Source: Squalus acanthias (Eukaryota). From it: a stretch of 64,000 bases of DNA. The first letter of the stretch is position 1; each line of letters begins with the position of its first letter. A program made the position numbers and the translations under genes. The stretch spans positions 496,001 through 560,000 of the forward strand of contig CM059433.1 of the NCBI GenBank assembly GCA_030390025.1, written 5' to 3'. Below the pieces are notes generated by a model. That model was not told the origin of the DNA, made no database searches, and saw nothing but the letters and a program-made list of their open reading frames with translations. Positions 11,904 through 24,486 of this stretch are shown here, one piece after another.

Positions 11904-13425
11904 ATCCTACGCGCTCTCATCCCACGTACTCCCCGAGACTTCTACTGCCTCCCAAAGATACACAAAGCCAACACACCCGGGTGTCCTATCGTATCAGGCA
12001 GCGGAACCCTGTGTGAGAACCTCGTCGCGACACTACAGACTTCTTACAGAAACTCAGCACCCATGGACCAGTTGAACCAGGAACACTCCTCGCCACGATG
12101 GACGTATCGGCACTCTACACCAGTATCCCCCATGATGACGGCATCGCTGTGACAGCCTCAGTACTCAACACCAACAGCCGCCAATCTCCAGACGCCATCC
12201 TACAACTCATCCGTTTCATCCTTGACCACAATGTCTTCACCTTCGACAACCAGTTTTTTACCCAAACACACGGAACAGCCATGGGGACCAAATTCTCACC
12301 CCAATACGCCAACATCTTCATGCACAAGTTCGAGCATGACTTCTTCGCTGCACAGGACCTCCAACCAACGCTATACACCAGATACATCGACGACATTTTC
12401 TTCCTTTTGGACCCACGGCAAGGATCACTGAAAAGACTACACGATAACATCAACAAGTTCCATCCCACCATCAAACTCACCATGGACTACTCCTCAGAGT
12501 CGGTTTCATTCTTGGACACACGAATCTCCATCAAAGACGGACACCTCAGCACTTCACTCTACCGCAAGCCCACGGACAACCTCACGATGCTCCACTTCTC
12601 CAGCTTCCACCCTAACCACGTTAAAGAAGCCACCCCCTATGGACAAGCCCTGCGAATACACAGGATCTGCACAGAAGAGGAGGAACTCAATGGACACCTA
12701 CGGACGCTGAAAGACGCCCTCATAAGAACGGGATATGACGCTCGACTCATCGATCGACAGTTCCGACGGGCCAGAGCAAAAAATCGCATAGACCTCCTCA
12801 GAAGGCGAACACGGGACACAACCAACAGAGTACCCTACGTCGTCCAGTACTTCCCTGGAGCGGAGAAACTACGCCATGTTCTTCGCAGCCTTCAACATGT
12901 CATCAATGACAACGAACACCTCGCTAAGGCCATCCCCACGCCTCCGCTACTCGCCTTCAAACAGCCGCCTAACCTCAAAAGTACCATCGTTCGCAGCAAA
13001 TTACCCAGCTTTCAGGAGAACAGCGACCGACACCACACAACCTTGCCACGGCTACCTCTGCAAAACATGCCAGATCATCACACGTGAGGACACTACCCAC
13101 CAGGTACATGGTACATACTCATGTGACTCGGCCAACGTTGTCTACCTCATACGTTGCAGGAAAGGATGCCCCGGAGCATGGTACATCGGCGAGACCATGC
13201 AGACACTGCGACAACGTATGAACAGACACCGCGCAACAATCGCCAGTCGGGGAACACTTCAGCAGTCAAGGACATTCAGCCTCGGATCTTCGGGTAAGCG
13301 TTCTCCAAGGCGGCCTTCGAGACACACGACAACGCAAAATCATCGAGCAGAAACTGATAGCCAAGTTCCGCACCCATGAGGACGGCCTCAACCGGGATCT
13401 TGGGTTCATGTCACGCTACATGTAA
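11904..13425 (+). pseudogene. PLE reverse transcriptase/GIY-YIG endonuclease ORF, 5'-truncated and frameshifted
   Basis: LPKIHK, DVSALYTSIP, GTAMG, RYIDD, FLD, LYRKPT motifs; Cys-containing linker (PCHGYLCKTC); VVYLIRC...WYIGET nuclease motif. Confidence 0.95.
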
Positions 13426-13750
13426 GCCCACCTGACGTAGAGTCATCCAGACTCGAGTCGTCGTTGGCTTGTTCACAGATGTGATTTCCAGTAAAAAAAA
13501 GTATAAAGTTTATGGTTTTCCATACAGACTGCAGCATTTGACACATTAGACCCCCTGTGACCCCACCTCATTGTCTTAGTTGTATTTTGCTATGTCTTTG
13601 ATATAATGTCTTCCAGACTGATCTGATTGTCTCTCTGCCGAGGTGTGATAAAAGGCAGTCAGAAAGATTAACTGTAGTCGTCTGACATTGTACGCTGCAC
13701 AGGCATTGTTCTCTGTCTATATATGCTTTGCCGATCTGTATTCCTTCACT

Positions 13751-13788
13751 TCACCTGACGAAGGAGCAGCAGCTCCGAAAGCTTGTGA
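13751..13788 (+). ncRNA. Minimal type-I hammerhead ribozyme motif
   Basis: UCAC-CUGACGA-A-GGAGC(AGCA)GCUCC-GAAA-GCU-U-GUGA. Confidence 0.8.
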
Positions 13789-14521
13789 TTTCAAATAAAA
13801 CTGTTGGACTATAACCTGGTGTTGTGCGACTTCTCACTTTTGTCCACCCCAGTCCAACACCTGCATCTCCGCATCCTTAAATGTCCACCACTGCATTTCA
13901 ACTGTCTTACCCTTTAATTTATTTTTCCAGTCCACTTTAGCCAGTTCTGCCCTCATGTCATTGTAATTGCCTTTGTTTAAGATCAGGAAATGGTTTGAGA
14001 TACAACTTTCTCACCCTCCAACTGAATTTGAAATTCAACCATGCTATGATCACTCTTTCCTAGAGGATCCTTTACTATGAGATCATTTATTAATTCTGTC
14101 TCATTACACAGTACCAGATCCAAGATAGCCTGCTTCCTGGTTGGTTCCATTACATACTGTTCTGGGAAACCATCCCGGATGCATGCTATGAACTCCTCCT
14201 CAAGGCTACCATGGCCAATTTGATTTGTCCAATCAATATGGAGATTAAAATCACCCATGATTATTACCGTACCTTTTTTTACAGGCGTCCATTATTTGTT
14301 GATTGATACTCTGTCCAACAACATTGGTACTGTTCGGGGGCCTGTAGACTACGCCCACCAGAGACTTTTTCTCCATATTAATTTTTATCTCCACCCAAAC
14401 CGATTCTACATTTGATCTTCTGAGCCAATATCACTTCTCCCCACTGCACTGATCCCATCCTTTACCAACAAAGCCACCCCACCTCCCTTTCCTTTCTGTC
14501 TATCCTTCCGAATTGTCAAAT

Positions 14522-15730
14522 AAAAGGATCTTTTTCAGGTTGGCATGCTGTAAGTAGTGGGGTGCCACAAGGATCAGTGTTGGGGCCTCAGCTATTTACA
14601 ATCTGTATTAATGACCTAGATGAAGGACCGAGCGTAATGTATCCAAGTTTTCTGACGATACAAAGTTAGGTGGGACAGTAAGCTGTGAGGAGAACACAGA
14701 GTCTGCAAAGAGATATAGATAGACTAAGTGAGTGGGCAGTAAGGTGGCAGATGGAGTATAATGTAGGGAAATGTGAGGTTATTCACTTTGGTAGGAAGAA
14801 TAGAAAAACAAAATATTTTTTAAATGGTGAGAAACTTTCAAATGTTGGTGTTCAGAGAGATTTGGGTGTCCTCATGCATCTACAGCAAGCAATAAGGAAG
14901 GCAAATGGCATTTTGGCCTTTATTGCAAGGGAGTTGGAGCATAAGAGTAAGGAAGTCTTGCTGCAGTTGTACAGGGCCTTGGTGAGACCACACCTGGAGT
15001 ACTGTGCACAGTTTTGGTCTCCTTATCTAAGGAAGAATATACTTCCCTTGGAGGCGGTGCACCGAAGGTTCAATAGATTGATTCCTAGAATGAGAGAGCT
15101 GTCCTATGATGAGAGATTGTATAGAATGGGCCTATACTCTCTGGAGTTTAGAAGAATGAGAGGTGATCTCATTGAAACATACAAGATTCCGAAGGGGATT
15201 GACAGGGTAGATGCTGAGAGGTTGTTTCCCCTGGCTGGAGTGTCTAGAACTAGGGGGCATATTCTTAGGATAAGGGGTAGGCCATTTAAGAACATAACAT
15301 AAGAACATAAGAAATAGGAGCAGGAGTCGGCCATTTGGCCCTTCAAGCCTGCTCCGCCATTCAATAAGATCATGGCTGATCTTCTACCTCATCTCCACTT
15401 TCCTGCACTATCCCCATATCCCTTGATTCCCTTAATATTCAAAAATCTATCGATCTCTGTCTTGAATATACTCAACGACTGAGCCTCCACAGCCCTCTGG
15501 GGTAGAGAATTCCAAAGAATCACCACCCTCTGACCGAGATGAGGAATTCTCTGCCCCAGAGGGCTGTGGATGCTGAGTCTTTGAGTATATTCAAGGCTGA
15601 GATAGATAGATTTTTGGACCCTAGGGGAATCAAGGGATATGGAGATTGGGCGGGAAAGTAGAATTGAGGTCGATGATCAGCAGGCTCGAGGGGCCATATG
15701 TCCGACTCCTGCTCCTATTTCTTATGTTCC
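14522..15730 (+). mobile_element. CR1 3' portion with nested antisense CR1 tail (about 15290-15533)
   Basis: ORF 14685-15302 is the RT C-terminus; insert begins aacataacataagaacataag; host resumes accgagatgagg and ends ttcttatgtt. Confidence 0.92.
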
Positions 15731-16159
15731 CAGTGTCGCTTCTTCATCCAGTGGAAAGAGGAGAAACTGGCTTGGAAAAGCATTTGATTTTTACATTGCT
15801 CAAATGCACCTTCCAGTGAATTGATATTTTCCATGGAAATATCTTCAGGATAGATTCCAGAACATTAGAACAACATATGGGAGGGAAGAATGAAATGTCA
15901 TTATAGAACGAAGGTGAAGCTGTGTTTTATTATTGCTGCAACACTACTGGCTACTGCAGGTGAAATTACTCTTGTGCAGGTTTGATGAAATCCAGCTTGT
16001 ATAATACACACCAGGATAGAAGCGTGGGTGGGGGGGAAGAAATGTTCCTGTTAATCCGTTCTAAGTTTGTTTTTTTCCCATATTCATTTATGTCTTCTGG
16101 TCCTACTTTCTTGGTTTTCTTTAAATCAAAATTAAATTCAGACTTCTCGCTGCCACTGT

Positions 16160-16297
16160 ACCCTTAATGCCTCCGTGGCTGAGGTTAGCTAACTCGCCAC
16201 CAAGACCAAGGATCAACATTGAAACCTCTTACTCTACAGCTCAGAGTACATCTTACCATACAAGTTGGTGCTTTTCCCTTCTGAACCATCAGGAGAG
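16160..16297 (-). mobile_element. AmnSINE2-like SINE 5' fragment
   Basis: Reverse complement contains gagttagctaacctcagcc, matching the head of other copies in the window. Confidence 0.4.
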
Positions 16298-16861
16298 CCC
16301 AATATTTACAATTCAAAGTACTTTTAGAGTAAATATTTAACAGGAGAAATACTTTAGGACTTATTTGAGATTGAAGCTACTTCAAATTGAGCCACTAGAA
16401 ATAGGTTACATTGGAAAATTCTGTCATGCTATAGAAAGGTAAAGATTTCTTGTAAAGACAAGTAATGTACAGTTGTATAACATGCTCACAGTGTCAGGGC
16501 TGCTCTTGTGTAGAACATTTCAGTTGAGTGCCTCTCATTTATTGTGTTGTCTGACTAATATTCCTAATATTTAGCTATACAGGCATTGCCCTGTGGCAGA
16601 GTAATATCAAACAGTATAGTCATTAATTAACATGTTTAGAGTTGGATAACCTAGCACTAAAATGGATTGAGAAGAAATAAAGCTGGAATAATTTGACTTG
16701 ACCTTGCCCTGCAGTATAGTCAGATGCTCCATACACTGATCACAGCAACTGTTACAACTAATGTTATTAAGACTTAGGTTTTCAGATTGCAACCCACAGG
16801 TACCCAAGGAAGTCTGTGAAGGAATTTTTGTTCCTGAGGTCTGGCATGATGCAAGTATAAT

Positions 16862-17883
16862 GGCCCATATTTTCCAATCGCAGGCCTCCCGCGGGCTCCT
16901 GCGCCCTTACCTGAGGACTCCCGGGACGCACACAGTTCCGATGCTGGGCCTCACCAAAATGAAGTGCGCAGGGCCCACGTAGTTTGCAGCGTCCCTGGGA
17001 TCATGTGGGCCATGGGGAGCCAATCACAGAAGGGAATCTCCCTTCATACATTTGACAGGAAGACCTGTCAAATATATGAATGGAGATCAATGAAAAAACA
17101 TAGTACAGGAAACTCTTTATTAACCGGCACCGACGGGACCGGCGTGGTGCCGGTTTATCGAAAGTACCGGATAACAGAGTTATATCTACCGAGGCTATTT
17201 TTAACAAAGAAAAATAAATAAATCAAGAAATGTGCAGTATACTTCAGACAGCGCCAGGAGGCCGAGTAGTGGCACTTTTGAAAACTACCCCTACTGACGA
17301 AATCGGCGTTCTCGGACTCGGGATCGGCAACATTGCCGGTTATTTGAGAGGAGTTTTCGGAGGATGATTTTTGCCGGTTAAGTGAGAATTCCGGATATTT
17401 GGGTGCCGGATAAACAAAAGTTTCCTGTAAAACCTTAATTTTTTTTTAAATCACATTTTTAAAATGACTTGAAATTACAATAAATTAAGTATTTTAAACA
17501 AAAATTAAATTTTTTGAAAAAAATAAAGTATTTTACGGGGTTAAAAATAAACTTACTTTTTTTAAAGTATTTTTAAATGATAAATCAGTGAAATTTTTTT
17601 TTTTTACTTTTTTTCTACTCTTATCCTAGTAAAAGCAGGCCTTATGCCTGCTTTTACCAGGCGTAAGAATTGTAAGGGTTTTCTGCGGGCGGAGGGTCTC
17701 CAAAAAGCGGAGCTATCCGCCCGCAGAGGCCCTTCTCCAGGGCAGCTGGGGGATCTGTCAAGAGGATTCTTGACAGATCGGAAATACCAGTTTTCAGTGC
17801 ATGCCTGAAACTGGCATTTTCGATGTCCCTAAGGATGGGTGCACAGCGCATACCCACCCATGGGGATCGGAATATCCAGCCCC
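16862..17883. mobile_element. Harbinger-type MITE (family M2, copy A)
   Basis: Imperfect TIRs ggcccatattttcc / ggaatatccagcccc; AT-rich core; homologous in reverse to 39820-40458. Confidence 0.7.
17106..17427. mobile_element. Tc1/mariner (pogo/Tigger-like) MITE, 322 bp, nested in M2
   Basis: TA|caggaaactctttattaaccggcacc ... ggtgccggataaacaaaagtttcctg|TA: about 26-bp imperfect TIRs with TA duplication. Confidence 0.88.
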
Positions 17884-17971
17884 TTATCTTGAGAATTTTG
17901 TATTCTATATTTTTTTCTGTATTTCCCTGTATTGATTGACTTCTGTTGCTGCATACTAATAAAAGCATTTT

Positions 17972-20520
17972 AGAAGCATAGAAACATAGAAGATAGGAGC
18001 AGGAGGAGGCCATTCGGCCCCTCGAGCCTGCTCCACCATTCGATGAGATCATGGCTGATCATCCAAACTCAGTACCCTGTCGCTGCCTTCTCCCCATATC
18101 CCTTGATACCTTTAGCCTTAAGAAATATATCTAACTCCTTCTTGAATATATTTACTGACTTGGCCTCAACTGCCTTCTGTGGTAGAGAATTCCACAGGTT
18201 CACCACTCTCTGGGTGAAGAAATTCCTCCTCATCTCAGTCCTAAATGGCTTACCCCTTATCTTTAGACTGTGACCTCTTGTTCTGGACTCACCTGCCATC
18301 GGGAACATCCTTCCTGCATCTAGTCTGTCTAGCCCTGTTAGAATTTTATAAGTTTCAATGAGATCTCCTCTCATTCTTCAAAACTCCAGCGAGTATAAGC
18401 CCAATCTCTCCTCATACGTCATTCCTGCCATCCCAGGTATCAGTCTGGTAAATCTTCGCTGCACACCCTCCATGGCAAGAACATCCTTCCTCAGATAAGG
18501 CGACCAAAACTGCACACAGTACTCAAGGTGTGGTCTCACCAAGGCCCTGTACAACTGCAGCAAGACATCCTTGCTCCTGTACTCGAATCCTCTCGCTATA
18601 AAGGCCAACATACCATTTGCCGCCTTAACCGCCTGCTGCACCTGCATGCTTACCTTCAGCGACTGGTGCACAAGGACACCCAGGTCTCGTTGCACTTTCC
18701 CTTTTCCCAGTCTATTGCCGTTCAGATAATAATCTGCCTTTCTGTTTTTGCCACCAAAGTGGATAACCTCGCATTTATCCACATTATACTGCTTCTGCCC
18801 AATCACCCAACCTGTCCAAATCATACTGGAGTTTCTCTGCATCCTCCTCACAGCACACACGCCCACCCAGCTTTGTGTCATCTGCAAACTTGGAGATATT
18901 ACATCTAGTTCCCTCGTCTAGATCATTAATATATATAGTGAATAGCTGGGGTCCTAGGACCGATCCCTGCGGAACCCCACTAGTCACTGCCTGCCCCTTG
19001 GAAAAAGACCCGTTTATTCCAACTCTTTGCTTCCTGTCTGCCAACCAGTTCTCTATCCAAGTCAGTACCTTGCCCCCAATCCCATGTGCCTTAACTTTAC
19101 ACGCTAATCTCTTATGCGGGACCTTATCGAAAGCCTTCTGAAAGTCCAAATACACCACATCTACTGGTTCTCCCTTATCTATTCTATCAGTTACATCCTC
19201 AAAAAATTCCAGTAGATTAGTCAAGCACGATTTACCTTTTGTAAATCCATGTTGACTTTGTCCAATCCTGTCACTGTTTTCCAAGTGCTCTGCTATTACA
19301 TCTTTTATAATGGACTCTAGCATTTTCCCCACAACCGATGTCAGGCTTACCGGTCTATAATTCCCCGTTTTTTCTTTACCACCTTTTTTGAACAGTGGGG
19401 TAACATTAGCTGCCCTCCAATCCATGGGAACTGTTCCAGAGTCTATAGAATTTTGGAAGATGACCAGCAATGCATCTACTATTTCTAGGGCCACTTCCTT
19501 AAGTACCCTAGGATGTAGATTATCAGGCCCTGGGGATTTATCGGCCTTTAATGCCGTCAATTTCCCTGACACCATTTCCCTACAAATACTGATTTCATTC
19601 AATTCCTCCCTCTCATTAGACCCTATGTTCCCCGACATCTCTGGGAGGTTAATTGTGTTCTCCTTTGTGAAGACAGAGCCAAAGTATGTATTTAATTGGT
19701 CTGCTATTTCTTTGTTCCCCATTATAAATTCCCCTGATTCTGACTGCAAGGGACCTACGCTTGACTTCACCAATCTTTTTCTCTTCTCATATTTATAAAA
19801 GCTTTTACAGTCAGTTTTTATGTTCCCTGCAAGCTTACGCTCGTACTCTATTTTCCCCCTCTTAATTAATCCCTTTGTCCTCCTTTGCTGAATCCTAAAC
19901 TGCTCCCAATCCTCAGGTTTGCTGCTTTTTCTGGCCAATTTATATGTCCTCTCCTTGGATCTTATGCTATCCCTGATTTCCCTTGTCAGCCATGGTTGAG
20001 TCACCTTTTTTGTTTTATTATTATGCCAGACAGGGATGAACAAATTCTGTAGTTCATCCATGCGATCTTTGAATGTTTGCCATTGCCTATCCACCGTCAA
20101 CCCTTTAAGTAACATTCCCCAATCTATCCTACCCAACTCGCGCCTCATACCATCGTAGTTTCCTTTATTTAAATTCAGGACCCTAGTCTCTGAGTCAACT
20201 ATTTCATTCTCCATCTTAATGAAGAATTCTATCATATTATGATCGCTCCACCCCAAGGGCCCCGTACAACAAGATTGCTAATTAATCCTTTCTCGTTACA
20301 TAATACCCAGTCTAAGATGGCCTGGTCTCTAGTTGGTTCCTCGACATATTGGTCCAGGAAACCATCCCGTATACACTCCAGGAATTCCTCCTCCACAGTA
20401 TTGTTACTAATTTGGTTAGCCCAATCTATATGTAGATTAAAGTCACCCATGATAACTGCTGTGCCCTTATTGCACGCATCTCTAATTTCCTGTTTAATGC
20501 CATCCCCAACCTCAGCATTA
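17972..20520 (-). mobile_element. 5'-truncated young CR1 (EN C-terminus + RT)
   Basis: 490-aa ORF 18784-20256 with RT motifs; adjoining ORFs complete the C-terminus; catagaaa tail. Confidence 0.97.
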
Positions 20521-21821
20521 CTGTTCTTCAGTTATAGCATTACATTTCTTTGGGTGGCTGACTGTCTTTCGGAAGTTAAGATGGAGTTCCCTGGTAATGT
20601 GATAATTTTTCCAGGGATTTTCCTCACTCAGAAGTTTGCAAATCAGTGCATTAAGGGTTAATGTAATCTGTTCTTGTGTTTTCCCCATTTGTTTTAAAGA
20701 TTTCTTCCTGACAACTAGCCCACATTCATTAGGGCTGACCCTTACCTTTTTATGGCTCACTGACATACGTGCAATGGAAGCCCTGACCGTGCACATTGTG
20801 TAAAGTTTTGTGAATGTGGCCCTTCATTATTCATAACCTAATGCACAAAGTATCACATTATTACTTGATGTACTACAAACACATGGATTCATCAGCATAA
20901 TGGACAAGGTTTGACTACTGCTGTCTCCATTAATGACTTGATTTTGAGTTTATATAATTTAAGCATTTATAAATCCCCTCTCTCCCCCCCCCCCCCACCA
21001 ACCCCATTGTATGCAGAGGGGAAGCAGAGAGATCTAATGTTGTAACTGGAAAACACAATGCATGGCATGTTGATGGAATATGTGAAACTCTCATACTCCT
21101 TGCTAAAGCAACCTCTGGGGCAACCTGGATGGCTGCCATAAAGATGTTAAACAAAACACCAGCTGTTAAAGCTATATTTTATTAACTGTTGAACTCTTAT
21201 CTGTAGATTAGGGACACTGTCAGTTTATAAGTCACTCTGTTGTGGTTTCAAGTCCTTGAGTACAGATTGTTCCCTTCAGCTATCAAAATATTCACCTCTT
21301 TGTTATAGTTTGTCCACACTTTGCATTTCCGCCGCTTTATGTTTAGTATTACAAAGTCCAAGCTTCAGTTCTTTATGTAATGGTGCCTGTTATTTTTTTA
21401 AATTCCATTTGCCCCAAAATGGAATGAATTGGAGGGATGTAACTTATCATGCTTCCTCCTCACGTGCAAACTTCAGGAATGCAGACTGATCAGATTCTTT
21501 TGAAAACTTCATTGCACTAAGCTACCATGTCAGTGTTAGAATGAATGATCTAGACATAAGGCACTCCAAGGTCCTACAGAGAAACCGTTAGGAGATTGCT
21601 AGATAAAAGTAGCAAGTGAGCGCTATTGGGGATGCTTCCAGCTGCTCACTCAATGATTTTTGTAAAACTGAGTAATCTTGTAGTTGGAGAAGTTTAGTAG
21701 TAGAGAAGAAATTCATTATGTTGAAAATAGAGCTGGTTCTTTGGGAAGACATGAGCTGTTTAACAATGGTGGACTATGCCAGAATGTACAGGGACTAAAA
21801 AATAGTGCCCAAGTTCATAAT

Positions 21822-21910
21822 AAAAACAATATGCTGGAAGTACACTTCAGCATCTGAAGTGTGAAAAAATAGGTTAATGTTCTGGGTGTCGACCCTTATC
21901 AGAGCTGGGA
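21822..21910 (-). mobile_element. Degenerate PLE-type terminal remnant with decayed hammerhead-like motif
   Basis: Reverse complement ctgataagggtcgacacccagaacattaac...cagatgctg...ttccagcatattgttttt. Confidence 0.5.
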
Positions 21911-22199
21911 ACTGGAAGATAAGCAAGTCCCCTCATAGGACTAATAAAAATGAAGAAGGAAGGGGATGGGTGGGGGGGAAGGGTGCAGGAGAAACGAGAG
22001 CCAGCCAGTCAACAGGCTTCCTTTTGGAAAAACTAGAGCAATGTAGTGCAAAGGCATTAAAATGACTAGAGCATGAAAATTGCTACGAAAGGCATGAAAA
22101 AGATGCACCATCTAAAATGGATGGGATGAACTGAGAGATGGATGGGGAAAATGGGCAAGAAAATAAGGGAGAACAAAAAAGTCTTGTGTATTAAAATCA

Positions 22200-22933
22200 G
22201 TGGTCCGACGAATTCTGCAGAGAGCTTAACCAAGACTTTGCGCTTTGGGCACAGTTGGCGATCCAGACATAAATTGCACTCAAAATTGCACTAGTTTTGC
22301 AAAGTGAATTTTTCCCCCCAAGTTTCTGCTCAAACTCATTTGCATATTGGCAAACCTATAATCTTCCATGAACCAGCGTAATAGGGCAATGCTTTAGAAC
22401 GTAATTTTAAAAAAATTGCATTAAAAACTATTTCCTGATTTATTTGAGAGTGGTAACCTGGTGCAGTTTTATTAATACAGCTGAAAATGGGTTTATCTCA
22501 AAATAAGCATTTTAATCAGTGTCTAGTCCACCACCTGTGCGTAACATGATTTTAAATAACTGAAAATTACTTTAAAAATCTATACAGAACCATTTACTAG
22601 TTACATTGGTGTACAGTAGTCCATTTCTTAGTAAATGAACATTTTTTTAAAGGTGCCTATTAGTGCCTTTGCACCTTAAAAAAAAAACACCTTAATTTTA
22701 AGAGCCTCTTCGAAGGCCCACAAATTCGCCATGGTGATTAATTTGATTTGGGGGCATGGCCAGTTTTGAGGGCAGGGCTGGTATCTAGTGCGATGTTTTT
22801 TAAACTAGTGCAAAGGATCGCGGAAACTTGATTTGCGCTGGATGTAATTTGCGCTTGAAATTCCTCAATCTTTTGTGCTGGTTTAGCTGATTTTGGGCAA
22901 ATACTAGTGCAACCGAGTGGAAACTCCAGGCCC
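22200..22933. mobile_element. Old Harbinger-type MITE remnant
   Basis: Right end ggaaactccaggccc|tta resembles other MITE termini; repeated actagtgcaa/tttgcgc motifs; left end unclear. Confidence 0.45.
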
Positions 22934-24122
22934 TTATGTTCTGAAAAATCTGAGCTTAGGAGCAGAAGAGGTAAAGGTAAATAAGCATTTAATAAGAGTC
23001 AAAATAGAATGACAAAGTGTTTTTGTATTAATATAAGAAACAAAGTAATGGACCTGAGAGGGTGAATGGAATTACAAGGTAAATATAATTAGCTTAATAA
23101 TTACAGTTAAGATGAGAGGTTCAATATTAATTTCATATAGCTGGGTTAAAATGTTCAGAATGGATAGATGGAACTCCAGAGGTAGGATGGAGGAAGGAGT
23201 AGTTTTACCAAGTAAGGGAATCCTTGAAACTTATTGCGTAGGTTTAGATCCAAAGTTGTTTGAGAGAAAATCTGACAGCATATCTTTCAATCCCTTTTCT
23301 CTCATGTACTCATCTAGTTTCCATTTGAAAGCATCACAGCTATTTGCCTCAACCACTTCCTGTGGTAGTGAGTTCCATATGCTCACCACTCTGAGTAAAG
23401 AATTGTTTCCTTGTTTCCCTATTGGATTTATTAGTAACTATCTTGTATTTATGGCCATTAGTTTTGGATTCTCCCACAAGTGGAAACATTCTCTCCCCTG
23501 TCCAACCCATTCATAATTTTAAAAACCTCTTTTAGGTCACCTCTAAATCCTCTCTTTTCTTAAAAAAAAAAAGCCCCAACCTGTTCAATCTTTCCTGATA
23601 GCTGTACTCTCTGGCTGCGATTTTGCCGGCGCTCAGAGGGCAGGTTTGGAAGTGGGTCAGGAATTAAATCCAAGATGATTGACGGCGGGTTGCGAACCCT
23701 CCTCCACATGACTTTCCAAAGTGTCGGGTCTGCGACTCCTGATCAGACCCGACACCAAGCGGCGGAAGAGGCAGCTGTTAACTACTTGTTGATTGCTATT
23801 TTGAGAGGGCTTTTCAATTTTGCAACATTTTCAGCGTGTTCCACGGCGTTCCAGAAACACGTCAACTGATTGTGTCGGGTGTTCCAACAAGCTGAATAGT
23901 TCACAGCTGCAAGTACAGCATTAAAGCTAACCTGCCACATCAGTTCAATTTCAAAAGCCAGAACTTTCTGATTGCAGGATTTTGAAGACATTTTTCAGGT
24001 GTATTGAGGTTGTAAGTGTGTGTTGTGAGATCTATATACACTTTGACCTCCTTGGAATAACCTCTCCACTTTGACTGAGCGCTTATAACATTTCATCCTT
24101 AAGTGACATTTTCATCAGCAGA

Positions 24123-24486
24123 ATGGGAACCAGTTATGCTCTCATCATAGTCCTCACATTCGGAGGATGAACAGCCGCAGCAGCAGCAGAACCAGGCACA
24201 CCAGCAGCACCAACAACAAGAGAGCCAACCTTCTCCTGAGCCACCTGATGCTGCACAGGGCAGAGGCCGTCAGCGCAGGGTTGCACCGTGCCGCAGGAGA
24301 TGCCCCCAACACAGGGTTTACAGGCAGAGGATGAGCTTCCTCAACATGACTGAGCAGCAGTGCCAAAGGAGGCTGAGACTTTCGCGAGAGGTGGTCGTAG
24401 ACATCTGCACAATACTGCACCAAGACTTGCAGCCCAGAGGAGCGGGTGGCCACTCCTTACCAGTGGCTGTCAAAGTCACTACCGCC
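24123..24486 (+). pseudogene. Harbinger (HARBI1-like) transposase N-terminus; catalytic core deleted
   Basis: [39 protein letters not shown]...[10 protein letters not shown], then homology stops abruptly. Confidence 0.85.

Larger units (their letters stand above)
10478..13873. mobile_element. Penelope-like element (Neptune-type) with inverted arms and 12-bp TSD
   Basis: Minus arm 10478-11906 is an inverted copy of about 12443-13834; plus arm 11904-13873; tccttaaatgtc at both 10466-10477 and 13874-13885. Confidence 0.95.
8399..14520 (-). mobile_element. 5'-truncated CR1 (EN+RT, frameshifted), interrupted by the PLE at 10478-13873
   Basis: Tail at 8399; RT ORF 9161-9988 ([27 protein letters not shown]); EN part 13983-14258 (GDFN, LDLVL, SDH); sequence is continuous across the PLE. 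Confidence 0.95.

Noticed and set aside
12115..12825. Antisense ORFs over PLE (and likewise CR1) coding regions
   Set aside because: Shadow frames of the transposon ORFs.
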